DNA from: Nitrospirota bacterium
GTDB taxonomy: Bacteria; Nitrospirota; Nitrospiria; Nitrospirales; Nitrospiraceae
Direction: 5' to 3'
Length of the DNA: 64,000 nt
Assembly (NCBI GenBank): GCA_963703955.1
Contig: CAVPGK010000001.1
Location: 29,520 to 93,519, forward strand
The position numbers were made by a program, and so were the translations under genes. The notes under the pieces were generated by a model. That model ran no database searches and had not been told where the DNA came from. It saw nothing but the letters and a program-made list of their open reading frames with translations. Shown here piece after piece: positions 50,224-60,428 of this stretch. How positions within the stretch are numbered: the first letter of the stretch is position 1; the number at the start of each line of letters is the position of its first letter.

Positions 50224-51392
50224 AACCGATTCCCATCACGATGCCGTTCTTCGACAAGGCCGACCGTGATGCGGTTCTCAAGCCACTGGAGACGGGATGG
50301 GTGGTCCAAGGTCCGTTTGTTCAACAGTTCGAGGACAAATTTTCAACCTTCTCGGAGTCTCGTTTCTCGATCGCCACGACTTCCTGCACCACCGCCCTGC
50401 ACATTGCAGTCGCCGCCCTGGGCCTGAAGCCAGGCGATGAAGTCATCGTGCCTGCATTTACTTGGGTCTCCACGGCCAATGTGGTGGAGTATATGGGGGC
50501 ACGACCCATTTTCTGTGACATCGACCTGCGGACGTTTAACATTGACGTCGAACAGCTCGACACGCTGATCACTCCGCGAACAGTCGGAATCATTCCCGTG
50601 CATTTATTCGGGCTCTGCGCAGACATGGATCCCATTCTCTGTGTCGCCCGCAAGCATGCGCTCTGGGTTGTGGAGGACGCTGCCTGCGCGTTTGGAGCAC
50701 ACTATCATGGACGTCACGCCGGCACGTTTGGGGAGGCGGGTTGCTTCAGCTTTCATCCACGAAAGTCGATCACGACCGGAGAAGGCGGCATGATCACCAC
50801 GCAGCGGGAAGACTTGGATCAATTGGCGCGCTCCCTCCGGGACCATGGCGCTTCCCGCTCCGACCTCGCGCGACATCAGCAACTGGCCGGCTTTCTCTTA
50901 GCGGATTACGATCATTTGGGGTACAACTATCGAATGACCGATCTCCAGGCAGCGTTGGGGTGCGCTCAGATCGCACGAGGGGGATGGATTCTGGCCGAGC
51001 GCGCTCACCGAGCGAAGAAATACGATCAGGCTCTGAAGGGTGTCGAGTGGTTGGCCGCTCCCTGGGTTCCTGGAGGATACGTACATGCCTACCAAGCCTA
51101 TGTGTGCATGTTCCGACCCGAAGCGCCGAACCTCACCAATGTGGATCGATTGCATGCACAGCGAAACGAATTGATGATGCGGCTCGAAGGCAACGGGATC
51201 GCCACACGTCAAGGAACCCATGCGCCGGTTGCGCTCAGCTATTACGCGAAGAAATACGGGTTGCAGCCCCAGGATTATCCTTGCGCGTATCTCGCGGATC
51301 GACTAAGCCTGACGCTCCCGCTCTATGTGCAAATGACCGAGGCGGAGCAGGCTCTGGTATGCGAAAGCCTTCTAAAGGCTTGGCATGGATAG
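50220..51392 (+). CDS. DegT/DnrJ aminotransferase
   Basis: SCTTALH, EDAAC, SFHPRKSITTGEGG and GYNYRMTD motifs. Confidence 0.9.
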   Translation: MKPIPITMPFFDKADRDAVLKPLETGWVVQGPFVQQFEDKFSTFSESRFSIATTSCTTALHIAVAALGLKPGDEVIVPAFTWVSTANVVEYMGARPIFCDIDLRTFNIDVEQLDTLITPRTVGIIPVHLFGLCADMDPILCVARKHALWVVEDAACAFGAHYHGRHAGTFGEAGCFSFHPRKSITTGEGGMITTQREDLDQLARSLRDHGASRSDLARHQQLAGFLLADYDHLGYNYRMTDLQAALGCAQIARGGWILAERAHRAKKYDQALKGVEWLAAPWVPGGYVHAYQAYVCMFRPEAPNLTNVDRLHAQRNELMMRLEGNGIATRQGTHAPVALSYYAKKYGLQPQDYPCAYLADRLSLTLPLYVQMTEAEQALVCESLLKAWHG

Positions 51393-52443
51393 GTCATTGC
51401 TCGATATCCTCGTCGATCCCATTGCGAAGACGCCGCTGGAATGTGAGGAGTGCGAACAGGAGCCGAAAGAAACGATCGTGAAAGGCAACCTTCTGGGGTT
51501 TGAAGGAAGAAAGTACCCCGTTGTGAACGGGATTCCACGGTTCGTGTTTGGTAAAGATGAGAAGCAGAGTCAAACGGGGAGCAGTTTTGGTTACAAGTGG
51601 CGACAACGGAACACGTACGACTCTCCCCAAGTTCGCGCGACCGTTCAACAGTGGATGGTAGAGCGTTACGGATTCAAAAACGCCGATGACATTCGAAAGT
51701 TTTTCGGAAGTCGGCGTCGAATTTTGGATGCAGGTTGCGGCAGTGGTTTTAGCTCTTCTCTTTGGATGGATGAGTCGTGGCAAGACGACGCGGGTTCACA
51801 ATGGTTCGGCGTCGATATCTCCGAAGCGATCGATGTGGCGCAGGAGCGATTAGGATCCATCCCCGGCACGCATTTTGTCCAAGCCGATGTCCTCACACTT
51901 CCGTTTCGTGAGCATACCTTCGATGCAATTTTCTGCGAAGGCGTCCTTCATCATACTCCTTCGACCGAGAGAGCATTGAAATCCCTCGTGACCGTTCTCA
52001 CAGCAGGCGGAGAAATCTTATTTTACGTGTATAGAAAGAAGGCTCCCATTCGCGAGTTCACGGACGATCACATCCGCGGAATTGTGTCACTGCACGACCC
52101 TGAGACGGCTTGGAACATGCTGCGACCTTTAACCAAACTTGGTCAGGCATTGGCAGAATTGCATGCCGAGGTGGATGTTCCCGAAGACGTTCCTTACCTT
52201 GGTATTAAGGCGGGGCGGTACGATGTCCAACGCCTGATCTACTGGCACTTCGCCAAACTCTATTGGAACGAGACGTTCTCATTCGAAGAAAATAATCACG
52301 TGAACTTCGACTGGTATCACCCGTACTACGCGCATCGCCATACTGAAGAAGAGGTGCGTCGCTGGTGTGATGAGAGCGGCCTCTGTATTATTTGCTTCAA
52401 TGTACAGGAGAGCGGGCTCACGGTTCGGGCCACTAGAGGTTAG
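51385..52443 (+). CDS. Methyltransferase with Trm112-like N-terminal domain
   Basis: LLDILVDP..YPVVNGIPRF N-terminus; LDAGCGSG, GVLHHTP and FDWY motifs. Confidence 0.85.
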   Translation: MDRSLLDILVDPIAKTPLECEECEQEPKETIVKGNLLGFEGRKYPVVNGIPRFVFGKDEKQSQTGSSFGYKWRQRNTYDSPQVRATVQQWMVERYGFKNADDIRKFFGSRRRILDAGCGSGFSSSLWMDESWQDDAGSQWFGVDISEAIDVAQERLGSIPGTHFVQADVLTLPFREHTFDAIFCEGVLHHTPSTERALKSLVTVLTAGGEILFYVYRKKAPIREFTDDHIRGIVSLHDPETAWNMLRPLTKLGQALAELHAEVDVPEDVPYLGIKAGRYDVQRLIYWHFAKLYWNETFSFEENNHVNFDWYHPYYAHRHTEEEVRRWCDESGLCIICFNVQESGLTVRATRG

Positions 52444-52446
52444 GGT

Positions 52447-54321
52447 ATGTGCGGCATCACCGGGATTTTCAATTTGAACGGGGAACCGGTTTCGCCCGTG
52501 GTCCTTCGCAGAATGACCGATGCCATGGCTCACCGTGGTCCGGATGGGGAAGGCTTCTATATCGACAGCTTCCTCGGTTTGGGACACCGGCGATTAGCCG
52601 TCATCGACCTTTCATCGGGCGGCCACCAACCCATGATGAGTAAAGATGGTCAATACATCCTCAGTTACAACGGAGAGGTCTACAATTTTCAAGAGCTGAG
52701 GCTCGAACTCGAAGCGCGCGGGCATCGATTTCGGTCGAGGACGGACAGCGAGGTGGTCTTATACGCCTATGCGGAGTGGGGAGAGAAGGCGCTTGAGCGT
52801 TTCAACGGCATGTTCGCGTTTGCGATCTGGGACCGGGGGAAGCAGGAGCTCTTCCTTGCCCGTGATCGTTATGGCGTGAAGCCGCTCTATTACACGCTAC
52901 AAGGCCATACTTTTGTCTTCGGTTCAGAAGTCAAAGCCATCCTTGCCCATCCGTCGTATCGGACCGAAGTCGATAAGGAAGCGCTCTTGGAATATTTCAC
53001 CTTTCAAAATTTCTTTACCGACAAAACGTTGTTTGCCGGAGTGAAACTGCTGCCAGCCGGTTGCCATATGCGCGTGTCACTGGGCGCCCAATTGCATGGA
53101 GGGGTTCAGCGCTACTGGGATTATGATTTTGTAGAACCGAAGCACCCGAAAGACGAACGTGAGTATCTCGAGGAACTCGACCGGCTATTTCGGCAGGCGG
53201 TGAATCGCCAACTGGTCAGTGACGTGGACGTCGGTGCCTATCTGAGCGGGGGGATGGACTCGGGCTCGATCACAGCCGTTGCAGCAGCCCAGCTTCCCTA
53301 TCTCAAGACCTTTACCTGCGGCTTTGATCTGCATTCTGCCTCAGGCCTGGAACTGGGTTTCGATGAACGAGAGAAAGCGGAATCAATGTCCTATCTGTTC
53401 AAGACCGAGCATTACGAAATGGTCTTGAAAGCGGGGGACATGGAAAGAATCCTTCCGCGGCTCACATGGCACCTGGAGGAGCCTCGGGTCGGACAGAGCT
53501 ATCCAAACTTTTATGTCGCCCAGCTGGCCGGTAAGTTCGTCAAAGTGGTACTTTCTGGGGCGGGAGGCGATGAGCTTTTCGCAGGCTACCCGTGGCGTTA
53601 CTATCGGGCTGTCGTCAACGATAACTTCGAAGATTATGTCGACAAGTATTATCAGTATTGGCAACGTCTGATTCCCAATGAAGCCATCAAGTTAGTTTTC
53701 AAGCCGATTTGGAAGGACGTCAAGCACGTATGGACACGCGATATTTTTCGCGATGTGTTCACGAAGCACGCCTCGACGTTCACGCGTCCAGAAGACTACA
53801 TCAACCATTCACTGTATTTTGAAGCCAAGACATTCCTGCACGGACTTCTGGTCGTGGAAGACAAGTTGAGCATGGCCTCTGGGCTTGAAACCCGCCTCCC
53901 CTTTCTCGATAACGATCTCGTTGACTTTGCGATGCGGGTGCCTATCGGTCTGAAACTCGGAAGTTTATCGCAAGTGATGCGGCTCAACGAAAATGAGCCG
54001 GGGAATAAGTCAGGGAAGTATTTTCAAAAGACAAAGGACGGCAAGTTGCTGCTCCGGAAAGCCATGCGGCGTTACGTAGCAGAAGACGTGACCAATCGCG
54101 AAAAGCAAGGATTTTCCGCCCCGGACGCCAGTTGGTTTAAGGGGGAGAGCATCGAGTATATCCGCCACATGCTTTTCGATGGGGGGGCGGCTATTTACGA
54201 GTTTCTTGACCGAGATGCCGTGCATGCTCTGGTTTCTGAACATCTCAACGGTCTGAGGAATCGACGGTTGTTGATCTGGTCCCTGCTCAGTTTCGAGAAG
54301 TGGTGCCAGAGATTCTCGTAG
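52447..54321 (+). CDS. asnB: Asparagine synthase-like glutamine amidotransferase (sugar amidation)
   Basis: N-terminal MCGI, HRGPD, YNGEVYN, LSGGMDS, SGAGGDE and KQGF motifs. Confidence 0.92.
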   Translation: MCGITGIFNLNGEPVSPVVLRRMTDAMAHRGPDGEGFYIDSFLGLGHRRLAVIDLSSGGHQPMMSKDGQYILSYNGEVYNFQELRLELEARGHRFRSRTDSEVVLYAYAEWGEKALERFNGMFAFAIWDRGKQELFLARDRYGVKPLYYTLQGHTFVFGSEVKAILAHPSYRTEVDKEALLEYFTFQNFFTDKTLFAGVKLLPAGCHMRVSLGAQLHGGVQRYWDYDFVEPKHPKDEREYLEELDRLFRQAVNRQLVSDVDVGAYLSGGMDSGSITAVAAAQLPYLKTFTCGFDLHSASGLELGFDEREKAESMSYLFKTEHYEMVLKAGDMERILPRLTWHLEEPRVGQSYPNFYVAQLAGKFVKVVLSGAGGDELFAGYPWRYYRAVVNDNFEDYVDKYYQYWQRLIPNEAIKLVFKPIWKDVKHVWTRDIFRDVFTKHASTFTRPEDYINHSLYFEAKTFLHGLLVVEDKLSMASGLETRLPFLDNDLVDFAMRVPIGLKLGSLSQVMRLNENEPGNKSGKYFQKTKDGKLLLRKAMRRYVAEDVTNREKQGFSAPDASWFKGESIEYIRHMLFDGGAAIYEFLDRDAVHALVSEHLNGLRNRRLLIWSLLSFEKWCQRFS

Positions 54322-54328
54322 GGCGAAT

Positions 54329-54928
54329 GTGTCGAACGGTGATGTGGATAATGGGCGGCTAATGGCCGAGCTTCAGCGTCTTTACCTGGCGTGTGAAAGC
54401 GAATTGCGGCTGAAGTTTGGCCGAAGTTTACCATTCCAGGACGCGATCTTCGATCGATGGGAACGCGCGAAGCGCCTTGGCTTTGACGAGAGGGCAAGCA
54501 TTTACAACAGCGCCCTCGTGTTTGGCGATGTCCACGTTGGACGCGGTTCCTGGATCGGTCCTTACACTGTCCTTGATGGATCAGGCGGCCCTCTACGGAT
54601 AGGCGCGTTTTGCTCGATCTCAGCGGGCGTACATATTTACACTCATGACACGGTCAAGTGGGCTCTTTCTGGTGGCAAGGCCGAGTATGAACACGCCCAG
54701 GTCGGAATAGGGGATTGCTGTTACATTGGAAGCCAGACGGTTATTGCCAAAGGAGTGACGATCGGAGATCATTGTGTCATTGGGGCGTGCTCATTTGTCA
54801 ACAAGGACATACCACCACATACCGTTGCCGGTGGTGTACCGTTTCGTTGTCTCGGCCGTGTGGAGATTGACGAGAGAGGCGATGTCGCCCTGGTCTTAGA
54901 CAAACGATGGGAGGAGTCAGGTTTGTAG
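54329..54928 (+). CDS. Hexapeptide-repeat acyltransferase
   Basis: Left-handed beta-helix repeats (IGDCCYIG, IGDHCVIGA). Confidence 0.85.
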   Translation: MSNGDVDNGRLMAELQRLYLACESELRLKFGRSLPFQDAIFDRWERAKRLGFDERASIYNSALVFGDVHVGRGSWIGPYTVLDGSGGPLRIGAFCSISAGVHIYTHDTVKWALSGGKAEYEHAQVGIGDCCYIGSQTVIAKGVTIGDHCVIGACSFVNKDIPPHTVAGGVPFRCLGRVEIDERGDVALVLDKRWEESGL

Positions 54929-54984
54929 CCTCATGCAGATGCAGCCCTTTTTTAGGTCATTTTGAATTGGCGTTAGAGGCTTGA

Positions 54985-55776
54985 ATGTACTCGAAGGAAA
55001 GTTACCAATCACTACTCAAATTGGCATCGGAAGGGGGCTACCAGTTCTCGCGCTTCGTCGATCATGAAGATACTTCGTCCTGCTGCATTTTCCTCCGCCA
55101 CGATGTTGACTATTCCTTGGACCTTGCGGTGGAGCTGGCACGAGTGAATGCATCTCTCAATGTCAGTGGGACCTTTTTTCTGCTCTTACGGTCGCAGGTG
55201 TATAACCTGCTAAGCTATCGGGGATTGAGTCGGGCGAGAGAAATACAGGCATTGAACCAGCGCCTTGCGTTCCATTGTGCATTGCCTCCCACGATTCCTG
55301 ATGACGATGAAGATCTCGCAAGGCTGGTTCGTTCCGACTTTGATCTTGCAAATCGCCATATTCCAGACCTTGAGCCGGTCTTTTCCTGGCACAATCCCAC
55401 GTTTGAAGTCTTGAGCCGAAGCGACGACCTTCATGTGCCTGGCTTGGTCAACGTGTACGGGGAGCGCTTTACAAAAAAGGCCAAATACATCTCCGATTCT
55501 AATATGCGCTATTCGGTGACTGAATTTGAGGATATCTTGACTCGGGAACACCATTCGGGGCTACACCTGCTCCTTCATCCGCTCAACTGGATAGCCGGCG
55601 GCAAGAATATGAACGAAGTAATAGCCAAAACCTGGCAGTACGTCATTCGTGAACGAGAAGGCGAATTTTCTCTGAACCACACCTATCAGAGGTTGTTCCC
55701 CCAGGGAATGCCTGCCGACGTCTTAGAAACGTTTTCTAGGGAATGGCTCACTGCCGCAATGCAGAAAGCTGAGTGA
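54985..55776 (+). CDS. Polysaccharide deacetylase-like protein (WbmS-like)
   Basis: LRHDVD, TFF, SWHNP, YISDS and LLHP motifs. Confidence 0.7.
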   Translation: MYSKESYQSLLKLASEGGYQFSRFVDHEDTSSCCIFLRHDVDYSLDLAVELARVNASLNVSGTFFLLLRSQVYNLLSYRGLSRAREIQALNQRLAFHCALPPTIPDDDEDLARLVRSDFDLANRHIPDLEPVFSWHNPTFEVLSRSDDLHVPGLVNVYGERFTKKAKYISDSNMRYSVTEFEDILTREHHSGLHLLLHPLNWIAGGKNMNEVIAKTWQYVIREREGEFSLNHTYQRLFPQGMPADVLETFSREWLTAAMQKAE

Positions 55777-55842
55777 CACGATTGCCTGCCCATCGTATTT
55801 TTATTTGGTAAGGAGAGAAACTCCCCTTGGACCGCTCTAGAC

Positions 55843-56409
55843 ATGTCAGACGTCGACTGTGCGGATATGAAGGAACGAACCATGCCTAAGTCGCATCGAG
55901 TGATGCTGACCACTCTAACGCCGGCAGATTCACAGATTTTGTGGAAATGGATCAATAGTCGACAGGAAGTTCTTCTCAACGCTCCCTACAAGCCTATCGC
56001 CGTTAGTCAGCATCAGGCTTGGCTCGAAAAAATTCAGAACAGTAACGATCTTGTCATTTTCGGAATCCGACTTAAAAAGACACAAAAGCTTATCGGAACA
56101 TGCCAGCTTCACAGTATTCATTACATTCATCGAAGCGCGGAGCTACAGATTCGGGTCGGCGAACCGGCGTACCGGGGAAATGGATATGGGACGGAAGCTG
56201 TCGAGCTACTTCTGGACTTTGCCTTTAAGGACTTGAACTTGCAGAGGGTCTATTTGCATGTGTTCAAGAAAAATGAATCCGCGCTACGCTTGTATGAAAA
56301 ATTGGGGTTTGCACGAGAGGGGGTGCTGCGGAAGGCGGCCCATATCGACGGGAAATATGTGGATGTTATAGTTATGGGAATTTTGCGTGAGGAGTATGCG
56401 AGGCGGTAG
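55843..56409 (+). CDS. GNAT N-acetyltransferase (RimJ/PseH-like)
   Basis: RGNGYGTEA and LYEKLGFAREG motifs; start may be 55867 or 55882. Confidence 0.87.
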   Translation: MSDVDCADMKERTMPKSHRVMLTTLTPADSQILWKWINSRQEVLLNAPYKPIAVSQHQAWLEKIQNSNDLVIFGIRLKKTQKLIGTCQLHSIHYIHRSAELQIRVGEPAYRGNGYGTEAVELLLDFAFKDLNLQRVYLHVFKKNESALRLYEKLGFAREGVLRKAAHIDGKYVDVIVMGILREEYARR

Positions 56410-57151
56410 AGTAATCGCGATCCATCAGCCGAACTTTTTCCCCTGGCTTGGTTACTTCAACAAGTTCGCCTATGCCGATGTGTTCGTCGTCTTGGACAAT
56501 GTGCAATTTCCTAAGACAGGCGGCACGTGGTCGAATAGGGTGCGGCTGATTGTCAATGGAAAACCCAGTTGGGTTACCATGCCGGTAGTCCGGGCGTATG
56601 AGGGCGTACGGGTCGTTCGCGATATGGTTATCAGCGAGACGTCGTGGCGGAGTACGCTTTTGCAGACGCTCCACTATAACTACAGGCGAGCTTCTCAATT
56701 CGAGAAGGTCTATCCCGTGTTGGCGACGCTGATCGATAATCCTGTCGACCATCTTGCCGAGTATAATCTCTTCGCCATCCGAGCGTTGACCGAGGCTCTT
56801 GGGTTTGACTCCTGCCAATTGGTGTTGGGCTCAACCCTCCATGTGGAAGGAAAGGCGACAGAGCTTTTGGTCGCCATCGTCAAATCCGTACGGGGAACTG
56901 CTTACCTCTGCGGGGGCGGGACTGCGGAATACCAGGAGGATGAAAAATTTGTCGCGGGGGGCGTCGACTTGATCTATCAGGACTTCAAACATCCGACTTA
57001 TCCACAGGCAACCAGTAGGGAATTTGTTCCCGGACTTTCGATCATTGACGTCTTGATGAATTGCGGCTTTGAACAAACCCGCCGACTGATCATGAGTAGT
57101 CAGCCCGCACTCTTGAACAGAACTAGAAGCGGTTCTGTCGCGACACGGTGA
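56396..57151 (+). CDS. WbqC family protein
   Basis: IHQPNFFPWLGYF, DNVQF, NR and LSIIDVLMN motifs. Confidence 0.9.
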   Translation: MRGGRVIAIHQPNFFPWLGYFNKFAYADVFVVLDNVQFPKTGGTWSNRVRLIVNGKPSWVTMPVVRAYEGVRVVRDMVISETSWRSTLLQTLHYNYRRASQFEKVYPVLATLIDNPVDHLAEYNLFAIRALTEALGFDSCQLVLGSTLHVEGKATELLVAIVKSVRGTAYLCGGGTAEYQEDEKFVAGGVDLIYQDFKHPTYPQATSREFVPGLSIIDVLMNCGFEQTRRLIMSSQPALLNRTRSGSVATR

Positions 57152-57184
57152 ACAGCTCCCACCAAAACGAAGCCGGTCTAAACC

Positions 57185-58366
57185 GTGGCCACTAAGTTCT
57201 ATCCAAACGGCATTGTCGCTCTATCTTGCGAGGGTGTGAGTAAGGTCTTCCCGGTGTTTGACACGGGTGACGCCTGGCGGATTTTCTGGGGAACCTCTTT
57301 CAAGGGCAAGACGGTTGTCGCGCTTGATGAGGTGTCATTAGCAGTGCCAAAGGGCAAAATGGTCGGGGTACTTGGGAGGAACGGTGCGGGGAAGAGCACA
57401 CTGCTTCGAATCTTAGCCGGCATCTATAGTGCCTCGTCCGGTCATATCGAACGTCACGGTGATCTCAGCGGGCTTTTTGAGCTGGGCGGAGTCTCGAACC
57501 CTCTGATGTCCGGTCGAGAATATGCGACTCGGTCTTTGCTGCTGCAGGGAATAAAGAAATCCTCTCTTAACGACATTCTTGAGGACGTTCGTCAGTTTTC
57601 CGAGTTAGAGGACTATTTTGAGCTCCCCATCTATGCCTATTCGACGGGCATGGCGGCCCGCTTGTATTTTGCCGTCGCGACGGCGATTCAACACGACATC
57701 TATTTGATCGATGAGATCTTGTCGGTCGGCGACGAGCATTTCAAGTCCAAATGCTGGGTGCGAATACGGGATCGGCTTTCGCGTGGCGCATCGGGGATCT
57801 TGGTCACCCATGATTGGTCGGCGATCCTGAAAATCTGTGAAGTCTCTCATATCCTTGACCACGGACGTGTCATAGACTCAGGCCCGACCGATAGAATTGT
57901 AAGGTCCTATCTTAATCTCTCGAATCCTCCGGCGACGATCGCACGATTTGATTGCAAGAATCCCGATTCTTATTCGGCTCAGAGCTTGCACGACACCGAT
58001 CTTCGTTTCTTTATCGAATTATTAGAGCCGGTTCCAGTTGTTCTTGCGTATTCAATTGAACTGTTGCGGGTCGGGGTCGGATGGGAAATTCTGTTGCTGG
58101 ATAATAACTTGCCGGTGGCTTCAACCATAGGCCGCCATGAGGTGAGTCTTACTATTCCGAATTTGCCGCTTGCGCCTGGAAATTATTATCTAAATCTCTT
58201 TCTGACCTCGCCGAAGAATAGTGAGTCTGGCCGGGCAGTCAGCGCTTATGACGCGAGAGGGTGGACATACGGCAATGCGATCTCTCTCAAGGTGACCGGA
58301 AAGCCACGCCAGAGTTCGACCATCATCCCAGTTTCTTGGGTGCTAGAGGAAGCCGCCTTGCGATGA
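57185..58366 (+). CDS. wzt: Polysaccharide ABC exporter ATP-binding protein with C-terminal domain, copy 1
   Basis: GRNGAGKST, YSTGMAARL, LIDEILSVGD and VTHD motifs. Confidence 0.88.
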   Translation: MATKFYPNGIVALSCEGVSKVFPVFDTGDAWRIFWGTSFKGKTVVALDEVSLAVPKGKMVGVLGRNGAGKSTLLRILAGIYSASSGHIERHGDLSGLFELGGVSNPLMSGREYATRSLLLQGIKKSSLNDILEDVRQFSELEDYFELPIYAYSTGMAARLYFAVATAIQHDIYLIDEILSVGDEHFKSKCWVRIRDRLSRGASGILVTHDWSAILKICEVSHILDHGRVIDSGPTDRIVRSYLNLSNPPATIARFDCKNPDSYSAQSLHDTDLRFFIELLEPVPVVLAYSIELLRVGVGWEILLLDNNLPVASTIGRHEVSLTIPNLPLAPGNYYLNLFLTSPKNSESGRAVSAYDARGWTYGNAISLKVTGKPRQSSTIIPVSWVLEEAALR

Positions 58367-59594
58367 GTCCCAGAATCGAACTGAACGGAGTGTTACGAAA
58401 ATTTATCCGTATCAGCAATCCTTCGATGTCGGGTTTTCGATTTCCAAACTGTTCACGCGACGGCCGGAAGAAAAGAATCACTCCCCAAGCTGGAAGACAG
58501 CGGTCGATAAGGTGTCTCTGCGCATTCAAACGGGAGAGCGTCTGGGTATCGTCGGTCGCAATGGCGCTGGTAAGTCAACGCTTCTGTCCATGATCGCAGG
58601 CGTCATCACTCCCTCGTCAGGAACCATCAGCATGGAAGGACATGTCACATCCATCCTGACCTTGGGGCTCGGTCTCCGGGAAGATCTCACTGGTCGTGAG
58701 AATATCTATCTCGATGGTGAGGTGCAAGGGCGTAGCCGGTCAGAAATCGATAAGGTGATTGACGAAGTCATCGCCTTTGCCGATATCGGAGAATTCATTG
58801 AGTATCCGGTTCGAACCTATTCGACCGGGATGAAAGCGCGGCTCGCATTTGCGATGACATTCCATATCGAACCTGAGATACTGCTTATCGATGAAGCCCT
58901 GTCGGTCGGTGACGCCGCCTTTTCAACGAAGGCGACACAAAAGATCAGAGAGTTGTGCAACAAGGGCAAAATCGTCATCATTGTCTCTCACAGCATGGAG
59001 AACGTCGTCGAGATCTGCAATCGATGTCTCTGGATGGAAGAAGGCAGCATTACGATGGATGGTGCGCCTTCGGCCGTCACCCTGGCCTATATCGAGTCGG
59101 TCCGGAAAAAGGACGAAGCTGCGATCATGGAACGATTCCGTACGTATATCGGAGGCAAGTCGCTGCGTCAGGGATGTCAGATCGAACAGATCGAGGTCAG
59201 GCAAGACCCTACCTCCGAACTCCGCTCGATCGTGAGGGCAGGCGAGGCTACCGACCTCAAGATTCAGATGCGCATCCCGCACGCCCTCGCGCGTGCGGAT
59301 ATGAGACTTGTGATCACGCGGCTAGATGGGCTAATCCTCACAGAAAATTATATGAGTGAGGCCGCCGGGGTGACTACGGGGCCTCTGATCGGATCCGTGA
59401 CCTACCTCGTCGGTATGCGACCTCTCGTGCTGAGCCCCGGCATCTATCGCATCGTTGTCGAGCTTCTTGACGGGGATGAGGTAGTGGCTGAACGGTCAAC
59501 GATCATGGAGGTCGTCGCCGAGAAAATTCCAACCGGCGGCCGCACGGCACTCTTGTATCCTTGCTCGGTTCAGGCCTGCGCTGTTCCCCAATGA
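58363..59594 (+). CDS. wzt: Polysaccharide ABC exporter ATP-binding protein, copy 2, with apparent frameshift near 58390-58394
   Basis: ATG 58363 overlaps the upstream stop and gives MSPRIELNGV; continues in another frame as TKIYP..KTAVDKVSL..GRNGAGKST, YSTGMKARL, LIDEALSVGD, VSHS. Confidence 0.8.
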
Positions 59595-60394
59595 AGCGTT
59601 TGATAGCCTTGGTCGGTTTTGATCGGATCGATGTGAAATTGATATGGAATTTTTTCAAAATGCATATCCGCGACAAATACCTGGGATCGACCTTGGGCAG
59701 TGTCTGGGCGGTTGCGAATCCACTTCTCTTCTTGGCAATTTTTACGTTCGTGTTCGGCTATGTGTATAAGATTAGACTGCCTGGAGCCGAAACAACCTTG
59801 TCGTATGCCATCTGGTTGATCAGCGGATATATCCCATGGCTGGCCTCAACGGAAGGGTTGACGTCGGCGACGATGTCAGTCGTCGCGGCGACCGGGCTTG
59901 TGAAAAATATGGCGTTTAAGACGGAAGTGCTGCCGATCTCCGCCGGCTTGACCGGTTTGGTCCCGTTAGTCGTCGGATTGTTGTTCTTGAGCCTGCTCCT
60001 GATCGTAGACGGAAATCGCTTATCCTGGCATGCGCTCTTTGTCTTTCCCATCGTCATTCTCCAGTTTGGCCTTGTGGTTTCACTGGGATTCTTTCTATCT
60101 GCGATTACCGTCTTTGTGCGTGACGTGGGAATCGCGCTGCCGAATGTGATCATGATCCTGTTGTTCGCGACACCCATTTTCTATCCGATTGATATGATGC
60201 CCGGCATCGTCAAAACTATTTCAAGCGCGAACCCGTTCTACATTATTTCAGAAGGCTATCGTCAATCGCTGATCTACCATCGCACCCCACCTCTCCTGGG
60301 ATTGCTGTATCTCGCTGCACTGTCTTTCATGTTGGGCGTGTGGGGATTACGAGTCTTTCGACGGGTCAAGGGATATTTCGAAGCGCGGCTCTAA
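59591..60394 (+). CDS. wzm: Polysaccharide ABC exporter permease
   Basis: KYLGSTLGSVW, RDV, TPIFYP and NP motifs; about six TM segments. Confidence 0.9.
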   Translation: MKRLIALVGFDRIDVKLIWNFFKMHIRDKYLGSTLGSVWAVANPLLFLAIFTFVFGYVYKIRLPGAETTLSYAIWLISGYIPWLASTEGLTSATMSVVAATGLVKNMAFKTEVLPISAGLTGLVPLVVGLLFLSLLLIVDGNRLSWHALFVFPIVILQFGLVVSLGFFLSAITVFVRDVGIALPNVIMILLFATPIFYPIDMMPGIVKTISSANPFYIISEGYRQSLIYHRTPPLLGLLYLAALSFMLGVWGLRVFRRVKGYFEARL

Positions 60395-60428
60395 CTCAAT
60401 ATTCTCAGTCCAAGTAAGAGTAGGGGTT

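Noticed and set aside
56402..56409. GGCGGTAG resembling the ops/JUMPStart element
   Set aside because: Lies within coding sequence at a gene overlap, not in an operon leader; expected by chance.
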